DNA of 52,120 nucleotides, counting the filler, from Sphacelaria rigidula (lineage: Eukaryota): the NCBI GenBank assembly GCA_964200075.2. It is 4 parts of 4 records of this genome, joined end to end, with 100 filler letters (N's around TTAATTAATTAA, not from the genome) between each part and the next. Parts side by side here need not be neighbours in the genome. Positions count along the whole stretch, not along the records: positions 1 to 12,958 come from CAXNAA020003268.1; 3 more parts are not named here. One strand, given 5' to 3'. The notes below the pieces were generated by a model. The model worked only from the letters and a program-made list of their open reading frames with translations. It made no database searches and was not told the DNA's origin. The position numbers were made by a program, and so were the translations under genes. This document shows, piece by piece, positions 1-11,788 of this stretch. Positions within the stretch are counted from its first letter, which is position 1, and each line of letters begins with the position of its first letter.

Positions 1-177
1 TCCAGCAGTCCCTTTCCCTCGTCGACCGTGGAGTAGAATTTTGTGTACCCACGACATAGTCGCTCTCCACTGTTGGGTATGGTGTGAGAAAACATCCCAG
101 ATCGCTCCGAAAATTGAACCCACGGCCCAACCGTCAGAAGGTTTCGAGGTTACCAACCGAGCCACCGGGGCGACCGG
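1..177 (-). mobile_element. tRNA-derived SINE, 5' head (3' part cut by contig start)
   Basis: On the minus strand: A-box-like TGGCTCGGTTGG (153-164) and B-box-like GGTTCAATTTTCGG (107-120). The same sequence recurs at 15353-15461. Confidence 0.7.
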
Positions 178-270
178 TTTTAGTAACGCGTTCATTTCTG
201 TGTTTCGTCATCCAAAAATGTGAGATTGAGTTGTCGAAATACTGCGCTTATAGGAAAGAGTCATGCTACG

Positions 271-607
271 ATAGAGGGGATGTAATCATGCTCATGCATG
301 CCATAGTCATCAGACCATTGACCTCACATCCTACAAAGCCGGGACGGAGCACGCCGGATTTTCGCCGGACCAGGCTCGCACTTAATCACCAAGCGCGAAG
401 CGCCGTGATGTGTTCGGCGAGTCGCATGAAGGGTGGGCTACATCCTGCTAAGATTGTTCGGCCCGAAGGAAAATTGATCATCTTGCATTTGGATGACAGA
501 TGACAACCTCCAATGAGTTGCTTTATTTTCTGGTGTCACCACTTCCAGAGACAGCCACGGCTTATACGCTGCCTCATGGGTGTCTCACCATACAAGACCT
601 ACGATAG
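271..607. repeat. Dispersed ~330-bp repeat (non-autonomous TE-like), copy 1
   Basis: Aligns by eye with 37010-37335 (e.g. AATCACCAAGCGCGAAGCGCCGTGATG, GCCTCATGGGTGTCTCACC) and with a start fragment at 39045-39069. Confidence 0.8.
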
Positions 608-840
608 GGGGGGGGGGGGGGTATTTTGGGCCGTTTTCCTCCCCGAGGTTTTGTTTGAAATGTTGGTTGAAAAATCCCCACAAAAATCCNNNNNNNNNNA
701 CCACTCGAGCCGTCTCATCGGCGCGGGCGTATGTGCGCCAACAATGCCGAACTGCGGGGGGGGGGGGGGGGGGTATTTTGGGCCGTTTTCCTCCACGAAG
801 TTCTACTTGAAATCGTCGTTGAAAAATACGCTACAAAATG
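607..840. repeat. Two direct copies of polyG-TATTTTGGGCCGTTTTCCTCC... flanking a 10-N gap (690-699)
   Basis: The copies at ~607-689 and ~756-840 share G(n)TATTTTGGGCCGTTTTCCTCC...TTGAAAAAT. Confidence 0.7.
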
Positions 841-1064
841 CTCTCATGCACTTCAATGACCGTTCAGGGAATCATGGATTCACATAGTACTGGAGTCGGT
901 TTTATTCAAGCGAATACCGTAGTGTGGATCGGTGGACACTTGTGGTGTATCCTGTAGGAACGATGGCCGAAAGTCAACTCACATTAACCCAGGAACCATT
1001 CCTTCACTGTTTCGCCTTGGACGTTTTCTAACGCTGGTGACCTGTGTGATTTGCTTGCAACCAG

Positions 1065-4000
1065 GCACGGCATGATTCTCTTCGGAGACCTGGACTTCTT
1101 CACGTCTGACTGTGTCCGAAACAAGTCCGGCCAGGGACTGTGGCTAGGGTTCAAGACACTCCTGGAGGAGGGTAGTCACGTCTACAGGTACCTATTATTC
1201 TTGATGTCGCTGTCGCTACCAAACACCAAGGTATTCATGGATGTCTGTGACCGTTTCGGCCCCATTTTCCCCACCAGATACTATGGAGTGTCTGATGTAA
1301 TCTGATTATCCACCCCACTTTTGAAGGTTTCTGTGTCCTGTGAATTGAGGAGATACCAACAGCCTGTGTTTTCAAAGGCCGTGCTCTGGCGTTTCCGCCC
1401 CGTAGCTCACCGTGGGTGGCTGTGTATCGTGTCGATAAAACGTATGGCCATACACAGTGTCATAGTCATTGGGGCGACAAGTGGCTGTTGCAGCTGGGTC
1501 CAGCATCAAACTCCCGATGACTCATGAATATCCCACTCATGAATATCCCACTCCGCCGCAACACGAGCTAACTCTGGTATCCTTAAAATCTATTTTTGCC
1601 CAAGGGATGGTCTACCGGTGATCTGTGAAAAACACAAGACTTGCGCCAACCTAGTCGATCCGCCGGCGTTCGACCAAATGGCCCCGGACGGTGGATGCCT
1701 TCTACCTTGTGGCCAGAAGCTAGGATGTGAGCATCTTTGCCGACGAAGGTGCGTACGTGTGCCAAACGTGTGCCAAACATGTGTCAAGAGAACAGTAGAT
1801 GGGTAAAGTGACACGCAGAATTTTGGCACGTAGGCGGGGAGAACTATTGTACGACATCCCGTTAATTAGCCTAACCTCTCGACCGAACAATCGACCTCAG
1901 GAGCACCGTCGACGGAAAAGCACACTGTTGCCTCAATTCTGTTGTAATCACCTGCCTACAATGTTTTGGTACGGGTTGAGGGTTCGTTCATGAAGAGAAT
2001 GATGTCGAGTCAGCAAGGGTGAGCAGCTCAACGGCCAAAGGTGAACGATCGGTGTTACAGCCTCCCAATAACCTCGCATTCCATCTCTATCCCTCACGCG
2101 TTGTTCCCCACAATCAGGTGCCACCCGGGGGATGATGAAGGTCACACACGCGGTTCCGAGACCTGCGGCGTTGTCATCAACGAAATGTGTGCCAAAGGAC
2201 ACACCTCGAAGCGGAGGTGCCGAGACCCCGCGGGACTGCCTTGCCAGCCATGCGAGCGGGAGCGCCTGGCCGCGGAACGTGAGGCTGAGGAACAGGAAAA
2301 TACCAGGCGCCGCCGCGAGGAAGACCGTGAAAAGGCCGCCGCCAGGCTTGCCGCGGCAAGAAGGGCGGCCGCCAACGAACGCGAAAAGCTATCTCACGGA
2401 CTTGAGCTACTGCGACTTGAGCGGGAGACGCAGCGAGCGGAGGTGGACGCGGAGGAGGCGCGCGCCTCGGCCGGCGCGGCGCAAGCAAGGCTGACGGGGA
2501 TTCGCACGCGCGGAGACGAACAAGTCGACCCTGCCGCCGACAGAAATGTCGGCGGTCAGGCTACGAGCGGAGTTCGCGAGGATATTGAGCGTAACGCTAA
2601 AAGGAGGGAAGATGAGCTTAACGCGCGGTTTGTCGAGACAGGGAAAGCTGGAGCGGAAAACCTTACGTCCACTCGTAAGGCCGGCGTAGAAGCGCGTGTT
2701 GGCAACGACAACAACATAAGCAAAAAGCGCAAGGGTAGAAACGATGCAAGGACACGCAGAAAGCCTGCAGAAGTTGAGAACCAGGCGAACTCCTGCTCAG
2801 CCGCTGATGGCCTACCGGCATCCACTCTTCGTCTCGTGGCGCAGGCGGCCGAAAATGGCGATGCCGATGGCATCCTCAAGGCCCTTGAGGCCGTGCCGAA
2901 GGCCGAGTGGGAGCGCGCATCGCACGAACTCGCACTCGCCGTTGGCGACACGGCACTAGCATGGTTCCCCCTGTCTTATGGAGGCGGAAGGGAGCCACAG
3001 CTCGTTTCAGCCCCCACCGGCAGAACTGCTCAGGCCATAAAGATGATGTCCCAGGGACAGTGGGTAGGTGCTCGCCGTGTCCTCGCCGCCGCGTTGAAGG
3101 AAGATGAAGGCAACACTCAACCTCCAGCGGGATCGGTCAACCCACATATCATATTCGCGCTGGCCCTTTGTGATTTCAACCTAGGAGGCGCCGCCACAGC
3201 ACCTCAACTACTGAGAAAGCTTCAGGCTGCCGAGCTTGAGATATGGCCCGGGTCCACGGAAGGTGCCGCGTGCCCGGGGGCACGTGCTTTCCCACTAGCA
3301 GCGCTTGTTCGCGCCACGCTCGTAACCGCCGTGTTCGAGGACACTAACGTCCCAAATGGCAGCCCGGGCACCTTCAGCGACGCCCCTGCCGATGAAAACG
3401 GCGAGCTAGACCCGAGAGTACAAGCCTGTTCGTCGGCGATAGCGTTCATGCGGGCATCCGCACACGCTCGTCAATCCGGGGGGATAGACGGGAGAATATG
3501 GGAACAGGCTGCAGAGATGGTGGTGCGGAAGACGGGTGGGGCTCTTGCGGTTGCATTGTGGGGACCAGAAGGAGGTGGCGGAACCGGCACTGTCGACGGT
3601 GATGACAGGAAAGAGGCACTTGGGGAAAGGGTTGTGACCGAGTGGAAGAAGCTGAAGGCGCAGTGGGGTGTTACGAGTTCGGCGATGGAAGAGTTGTTGG
3701 ATATGTCCGGCCTGGACACGATTAAGCTTCGTTTTCTGAACATTGCTCAGTCCGCTGCACTTGACAAGGAGCGTGGGTACGATCTCGCGGAACGGTCGTA
3801 CAATATACGCTTGGAGGGTAACCCGGGAACAGGTGCGTTTTCGGTAGCACGAAGCATAGAAAGCATTTGCCACCAAGGGGGTGATGGAGGCGGTTTAAAA
3901 AATGAAATAGGCGAGCGTCACCCATGCCAGTGCTGCCGAGGTAGTTGGTATCAAGCATGACCATCGTCCTTGAGGACTGATTTGTGAACAAAAACAATTG

Positions 4001-7000
4001 CTGTGTAGGGAAAGAGTTCACAACAGTCGTGTTATCGAGAGATTGCGGCAGCCTTTTGAGATGAGAGGGGCAAAACCAAAACTGCACCTTGGCAAAGTTG
4101 ACTTGAGCTCGCGCCGCCCCACGTATTTTTCCTTACGGCATCGCCACTAAATCTGCCCCCTTCACCCAGGGAAAACAACTGTAGCACGACTGTACTACCT
4201 TCTCCTTAAGGAAGTCGGTGTTTTCGACCAAGCTGAGCAAAAAGCGCGGCGGGCACAGGAAGAAGCCCAAATTCGAGCTAAAAAGAAGGCTGCTGCCGCA
4301 GAGAAGGCCCGCCAAGAGGCTGAGCGGCAGGCCTACCGAAGCGCTGGCGTCCCGTACAATCCTCCACCCGCCTCCTCGTCCAATGTCGCCGCCTCCCCGG
4401 CGCCAGCGCCCGCACCCACACCAGGATCAGCGGAGGAGAAGGCCAAGAGATTTGAGGGCTTTGTAGAGACTACGGGAGCGGATCTTGCCGACAATGGGGT
4501 TGGGGGCGCAAAGAAGATGCTGGAAAAAATCAGGACTGCCGGCGGGGGGGTGTTGTTCGTGGACGAGGTGGGGACTTGTGTGAATGCTTGCGGGGGTTTT
4601 TCGTCCGCTCGACTTGATACACGTGCTTATTGTTTTGTTTTGCCGCACGGAATGTAAGTGTTAGACTGTTCAGAATACACTGTGTTTTGAACAAATGGGG
4701 GTTCCCATTTGCATATTTCTGCGTCGTCCACGGGCAATCTTGAAGAACACTAATTGGTTTTCGGATGAAGAACGAGAAGGGAGGGGGCAAGGGTGTGAGG
4801 AGTGCTGATTGGTTCACAGAACGTCATGTAGCGGCCAAAAGCAGGTCGTGCTGCACCCCAAGACACCTTAGCTTGTATAAACTACGACTATGAAGATAAC
4901 CGAGACAGCAGAACAGCGCGTCTTACGCGAGCATAATGGCAGACCTTCGTCGGCAGTCATCTTGTCAGGATACTCATGCCATTGTGATCTGTAGCCTTGA
5001 TACGTCCTTGCCACGTACCCGCCTGTCTACCAGGCATACACCCTAGAGCCCAAGGGTGGAGGTGGAGGCAAGCAGGTACTCAACTATCTCCTGGCTGAGA
5101 TTGAGAACCGAAGGGGAGAGCTGGTGGTAGCTTTTGCCGGCTACGCCAAAGACATGGAGTCACTGTTCGAGTACAACGAGGGGCTCCCTAGCAGGTTTCC
5201 AGAGACCCTGCGGTTTGCAGACTACAGTGACGCCTTGCTCCTCCATATCTTCAAGGGGCTCATGAAGAAGAAGAAGGGGCGGAGTCAGCTGAGGTTGGCG
5301 CCAGGGACCGGGGAAGGGGAGCGGTGGGCCAAGGTGGCGATCGTGCGGCTCGGCCGTCGGCGGGGTACCAGGGGATTCGGCAATGCGCGTGCGGTTCGAG
5401 TTCTGTTTGATCGAGTGCTCCAGCGGCAGACGGACCGACTCAGCAGCATCGATGGCGGCAGCAGCGCCGACGACAGCGTCAATGGAGCGAGCGCCGATGA
5501 TCGTGATCCGTTTGTTTTGACCAAGCCAGATTTGCTCGGGGTGACGGTCGCCGAGCTTGCTGACTCCGCTAGTTGGAATGAGCTGGAGAGCATGGTTGGG
5601 CTGGGACGCGTTAAGGATGCGGTGAAAGCGCTAGCCGAAGTGGTGAAGACCAATGTCATGCTTGAGGAAGAGGGAAAACTCCCCAGGGCGATCGCTCTTA
5701 ACAGATGCATGCTCGGAAATCCTGGCACCGGTGAGAATCACACACAAGGATATGTTGGCGCGGCTGCATGCGTGAATGCTTTTAGCGTACAAAATAGTGT
5801 TGTAGTACGAAGTATTAACTTTAGCTGTTTGTGAATTCAAGCGAGAACTTCTGGCCGACATTTTGCACAACGGATTAGATTCCAGCGCACGCAGCGGTTG
5901 TCGCGCAGCAATCCGAGGCACGCCGTTTAAGGTTGTTGCGCTAGATATACCACATCTCGGTCGTATTTGTCGAACGTGTTGTATCCGGAACATCCCCAGT
6001 GGAGTTGTGGACGGCATAAACAGTGGAATCACTGAAACAGCTTCTACGCACACAACGTGAACTCTTGTGTACAGTGACCTCTGGCATCGCTCTGCTTTCT
6101 GTGCTACTACCTAGGCAAAACGACCGTGGCCAAGTTGTTCGCTGGTATCCTCGCCGACCTGGGACTCCTCTCCAAGGGCGAGGTGGTGCTTAAGACCGCC
6201 TCTGACTTCGTCGGCTCAGTATTGGGCGAGAGTGAGAGCAAAACACGTAGTATTCTCAAAGCCTCTGAAGGGTGCGTCCTCGTTATCGACGAGGCGTACT
6301 CTCTCGGCGGAGGGGGATTCGGCGCGCCGGGAGGGGGAAGGGGTGGCGGCAGCGGCGGCGACCCGTACCGTGTGGCAGTGGTGGACACTTTGGTCGAGCA
6401 GGTACGTAGCACATGGATATACATCGATGGTATATGTCGCGCGCGCGTTTGTGTGTGTGGTGATCGTGCTTGGTACGAAGGGAGGCCATGAACTTCCGGC
6501 GCATATCATTTCAAAATCTACGAAGGTGAAGCTGTGATTTTCTCGAAGGTGTCCAGGTCGCGAAGCGGCGCCTTTCCACAGTGGTGGCGGATAGTCCTCT
6601 CCAGAATAGTGGAGTAATGACACTGGCATCGCCTTTTGCTAGAGTATTTCCACCCGTGACCCCGCGTATATTATTGGACGGCGGCAACAACCAGGTGCAA
6701 AACGTTCCGGGTGAGGATAGATGCGTGTTGCTGCTGGGCTACAGTGCAGAGATGGAGGACTTCATGAGGAACACCAACCCCGGCCTTGCTCGTCGCTTCG
6801 CCCTGGATAATGCCTTCGTCTTCGACGACTACACAGGTTTGTTGTGTCACCTATGAATGTGATGATGTCGCATGACAAGTCCTGAAGCGTGTGTCAGAGA
6901 GGGTGGCTTCATATTGGGAGCAGACGAGCCTATACCACGCACGTTTATGAGGTGTTGACTTGAGAATAATTCCGTTGACGCCTGTATCACATATGTTCCC

Positions 7001-10000
7001 TTCATGTTCGCGTTCCGCCGCTGTAATGCCACCTTCACCATGCGCAGGTGAGATTATATTCCTCAAAATCCGCTTTAAATCGACAACATGACGGCCTATT
7101 TCACCTGCGCCGCCCGCGCATTCATGAAACGCCGGACAAGATGCAACCATGTGTCTGAAACTAGCCCACTCAAACCACCTCCCCCCGCCTCCCTACCGTC
7201 CATCTTCTCCTGCACCCCTTCCGCCCCTCCTGACTTCATCTGTACTCCCGTTCAGACGAAGAGCTCCTGCATATATTACGTGGAAAAATTGCGCGTGAAC
7301 AGCTGACGGCGGGATTAGACGCTCTAATGACCGCCTCGGATATGCTCGCCAAGAAACGGGCGACGGCCTCGCACTTCGGCAACGGAGGGGACGTAGCCAA
7401 CTTGCTTAGCGAAGCCAAGCTTCGCAAGGAGCGTCGTCGGGGTAGTGATGGCTCCATGGCCTCGAGGCGAGTGTATGGACGTGTTGTGGAGGAGGCACAC
7501 TCCGCCCATTCCGCCATTTTGTTGGGCGATCTCTCGCCCCAACCCAACCCGTTGCTAGGATATACCAGTATAGCACTATGCATTACATTTTGTCTCCGCC
7601 CGCACAGCTGTTCAGGATGCACTTCTGGTAAGAAGAGCAGAGCAGGACGCTTTGCAGCGAAATTTGGTGTAGGGAAATTGGGCTTGAAACCAATCGAGGC
7701 TAATCTAGAACGCGGAAACTCGTGTCGAGTACTGGGTTTTTACTGTTTTTTTCTGTTGTCGATTAGATACATGACCATATTTCAAGTCTCAGATGTCAAA
7801 CTCTTCGACCCTTGGGTATATGTGTGGCCACCGACAAAATTCATCGTTTCTTTCGGTTGATGTGCGTTTCTTCAGGTTGGACCCGGAGCTCCTCCCTCAA
7901 GACTTCGACCCAGAGTATGGACAAGGCTTGCCCGACGGATCGACGCTCGCAGAAGAACTCTTCGGAGACCTCATCGGCTGCAGGGACATAAAGGCACAGC
8001 TCAGTAGAATCCGTTCCACTTTCCTCCTCGCAGAGAAGATTGGTCGGGACCCCCGTGAGGTGCGTTTTGTCGGAACAAGTACAAAGAGTGCTCACAATAC
8101 GAATGCGGATTGTACACCCGTGAACACCAGTCTCGAGCCGCTGCGTCTGCATAAGATAAGCCTCGTGGCAGTCGGTTGTCAGACGACACCTCGACCGACT
8201 CCTCACTTGCCTTCCCTCGCTTATGCCACCCACGTTACCCCACACCATTCATGATTATCGTTGCTCGCACCGGTCGGAAAGACAATAAATCTCAACTTCA
8301 GGTTCACGGGGGCCCCTGGGACAGGGAAAACGACGGTTGCCCAAAGGGTTGGTCGCATGTTCAAGAAGCTGGGAGTAATCCACTCAGACGAGGTGGTGAC
8401 ATGCTCACCCTCCGACTTTCAGACCGGGTAAGGTATTTCTTCGAGGCATATGCCCTCAGTTTTATTTTTTATTCTATATAATGCTTGTTTCTGGTAGCAC
8501 TCTTGGCAGAGTGTATGCTGGTATGTTATTTGGATAACGTTTTGTGCTCCGCCTCGGCACTTGATGAGCTATATCGCCCGTATCCCAACACCATACAATA
8601 TCCTGTTCGGCATGTTGTTCATGTCTACCCGAGAGCACACCCACCGGTGTATGAACAGCGTAACTTGAGGAGTCGAGCCTTTAAGAGTTAGCATTTTCAT
8701 TTGCTCAGCGGGGTCATATGTCGCATTTTATCCCGCTGAAACGCGTCACTTGCTCTTCCAGAACCGACCTCGTATGCATTGTGCAGTAGACACATACATG
8801 CATTTCTCATGAATTGAATATCTTGTGCGCTATGGTGAAGAACGTACGTCAGCGTATGGGAGGGGGGGCGAGGTTCGTCATGCGTTCGTCGGGTGTCGTA
8901 AGTACGAATTCACACTTCAGCAGACACCGAAACTTGTCGGCCACGCACAATAGAAACGACGCTTTAGGCTACCCTCGCCGTCTTTCGCGTTTGTTGTTAC
9001 CAATGTAGGTACGTCGGCCAGGCCGGTCTTAAGACCAAGGAAGTGATGGACAAAGCGATCGGGAAAGTGTTGTTCGTGGACGAAGCTTACGGTCTCAATC
9101 CCGGCCACGGTGGCGGCGTAGCCTCTTTTATGCACGAGGCGAGTGTCGCGATGTGTGCGCCCTGTGTTTTGCTTCTACAAGATGCCGGCCTGACGTTTTT
9201 CTTCTTTGCCCCCCTTTTCCAATGTTCATTTATCTCCTCCTCCTTTCCTTTCCTTCTTCCCATTTCTTGTACCGTCGTTTTCTCTTCTTCGTCTTCTTCC
9301 TCATGTTTTCTTCCCAATTTCAGTTTACTCTCCCCTTGTTCATGCTGTCATGTCTCGAGTTTCCTTTGGCGAGTGTTGCTATCTACCTCCCTGGGGTACG
9401 TCTATCTTGTGACCATGGCTACTTTTCCAGTGGGATAGCTTCATGTGCGACAGTGGATAAATAAGCCAACGAATTAACCTATCAGCCGTTTTTACAATAG
9501 CCACCTACTACCACGAACAGGCAGAGACAAATCACGGAAGCAGGCGACCGCTACCGGGTTACTCTCAGCACAGAAGGCATCCCAATACTATCCGCTATTT
9601 GGTTTCCTCTCAAAAGGAAAGATACACATCGCCAAAATTGTACGGCCTTCCGAATACCGTGGCGTTGTCTCGAAACGGCACGGCAACGAAGAAATGTAAC
9701 GGATGAGATGCTGACTTGCCACTTGATCCCACCCACCCCTCACGCGTCCCGGCTATGCAAAATAACACGATTTAAATCTTCGAACTCTCTAGGTTGTCGA
9801 CCAACTAGTTCAGTGCCTTACTGACGACAAATACAAGGGAAACATGGTTTGCGTCGTAGCTGGGTATGCCGCTGAAATCGACGACCTCATGGACGCAAAC
9901 CCTGGCCTGGCTAGTCGCTTCCCCGAAACCCTCCACTTCCCGAACTTCGGGGTGGAGGACTGCTGTCGGCTTCTGGAGGGTAAGCTCAAGAAGGACTTCA

Positions 10001-11536
10001 GCACAGAGCTAGCACCGAACGTGATGGCCGCGGGACCGGCAGGGGAAGGGCACGTAGCGCTAGGGGACATTCTGTTACCGCTAGTTCAGGTTCGTCCGTG
10101 AATGACTGTGATATTGCCGAAGTGAGCATGTTACCTGATAGCGGGGTATTTGCTTCGAAGTGTCCCCGATTGCTGCGCTGAGCGACGAGCCAGACACCGA
10201 TAGATGAATCGATTACAGGATGCAAGTGATAATTGCGCACAGGGATCATGAATTGTCCTTCAAACTCGACTAGTCCCTGCACGACTTTGTTACGGTACTC
10301 ACGGCGACACATCAACTCAACCATCCGGCGATGTGCGGTAATCCCCATAATGTCGAGGTTTTGTTCCGGATTTCCAACAGACTAGGCACGGAGTTCGTCG
10401 CTCTTCGCCTCTTGTGGACGAGCAACTAATGAGTAAGGTAAAAATTATGTGCGACAAACGCTACTCATTCTCCTCTGATTCAGCGAGGGTCTGACACTAT
10501 AATACTATATCAGATGTTTACTTGTTGTGCATTTCTCTGCGTTTTTCAAACGATACCCGTGGGTCTGCAGGCTCCTCGCTTCGGTAACGGGCGGACAATC
10601 ACCGATCTAGCAAAACGTGTTTTTACCGAGATCGGCGTCCGTGTCGAAAGCGGCGGAGCGGCGCAGGCGGACCCTAGGGCCTCAGCTGCCGATGTCCGGC
10701 GCTCAACCGCTGCAGTTCTCCAGCAAATGAGCCGCGTGGCGCGCGTCTCAAGCGCTTCAGCCAGCGTCAGTCGCGCGAGAGAGCCTCCTATAGCGGTCAG
10801 CAGCAACAACCAGTCGGCTCGTCCGCCTCCTGAGACAACGTCAGTGGTAACCGTCAAGACCGAAGAAAAGCAAGACGGCCATTGGCAGGACGTCAACGAT
10901 ATAGTTCAAATGGAAACCAAGGAAATCCTAGATACACCGAGCTTCGACGCCGACGACGGCTTTTTCTCGGCAGCCGACCGGCAGACGTTGAGGGCAGCAT
11001 TGTCGATCGCTGACATCGCTGAGGACAGCCCTGACATCAACGGTGGCAACTCGGATCTCCGCCGCGTACTGCTGCTACCCCAGGAGGCCGGAGGGATTGG
11101 CCTTTCCAAAGAGGAGGCGGATACTTTTATGCGAGGCGTAGACGCCGATCGCGAGGCCCTGAAGCGGGCGCTTGTGGAGGCCACAGAGGTCGAGAAAGAG
11201 GAAGAGGCCCGGATGGACGCCATGAAAAATGAGACTTCAGATGCAGCCGAAGCGATCACGACAGCGGTGGAGAGTGGCGTCGATCAAGAGACGTTGAAGT
11301 TACTTGAGGCGTTACAGAGAGCCAAAGAGGAGGCGCTCAAGAAGGCAAGGGAGGAGATGGAGCGCCAGCAAGCACTCGAGCGAGCAGCGCAAGCGGCGCT
11401 CAAGCGCATGGGTAAGTGCGTCGCCGGGTTTAGGTGGATTCGGCAGTCTGGCGGTGGGTGGAGATGCGCCGGAGGCACACACCATGTTTCCAGTGGCGAG
11501 GTGGCCGCCGAGATGGCTCGCGAGCCATCGCGTTGA
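1065..11536 (+). CDS. 5'-partial multi-exon gene: ZNFX1/UPF1-like SF1 helicase C-terminal end + NFX1-like Cys/His zinc fingers + coiled coil/helical region + three tandem CbbX/SpoVK-type AAA+ ATPase domains + C-terminal Cys/His motif
   Basis: Exons inferred from splice sites, all phase-compatible: 1065-1187, 1605-1748, 2118-3832, 4170-4567, 5034-5730, 6115-6401, 6695-6836, 7256-7466, 7876-8059, 8282-8427, 9009-9138, 9793-10089, 10571-11536 (5440 nt, ~1812 aa, stop TGA). Motifs: RHGMILFGD (end of helicase motif VI region); PDGGCLLPCGQKLGCEHLCRRRCH (NFX1-like); Walker A GNPGTGKT, GNPGTGKT, GAPGTGKT; Walker B VLFVDE, VLVIDE, VLFVDE; GLPSRF, GLARRF, GLASRF; FGNAR, FGNGG, FGNGR; C-terminal MGKCVAGFRW...WRCAGGTH. 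Confidence 0.9.
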
Positions 11537-11761
11537 GATAAGGCGGTCGGTATCATGCTTGCTGGTCATCTCGTGGATACATGGAAAACGATGGTCGCGA
11601 GCAGCTGCGAGAAAATCACCGCTAGACGCGCGATTGGTTAGATGGAAGTGTCGACTTTCACGTAGTACCAACAAGCAATGTATCATATGCAGAGATGAGT
11701 TAATTTTCAAGTTGCGGCTTGCCATAGCGTCAGTTTGCGTGATAGCATTTGGGCATGGCAG

Positions 11762-11788
11762 TATATATATATATATATATATATATAT
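11762..11788. repeat. (TA)n microsatellite
   Basis: Directly visible. Confidence 0.9.

Noticed and set aside
100-177. tRNA gene
   Set aside because: Has A/B boxes but no convincing cloverleaf, and continues into a dispersed repeat body; a SINE head.
266-607. CTACGATAG direct repeat as a 9-bp target-site duplication
   Set aside because: The second copy of the element has similar sequence at its own ends (TAGAGGGGA, CTACGTAG), so it is probably part of the element.
3700-10620. Calling the gene cbbX (Rubisco activase) or spoVK
   Set aside because: The motifs are CbbX-like, but they are three modules within a >1800-aa fusion. True CbbX is a single ~300-aa domain.
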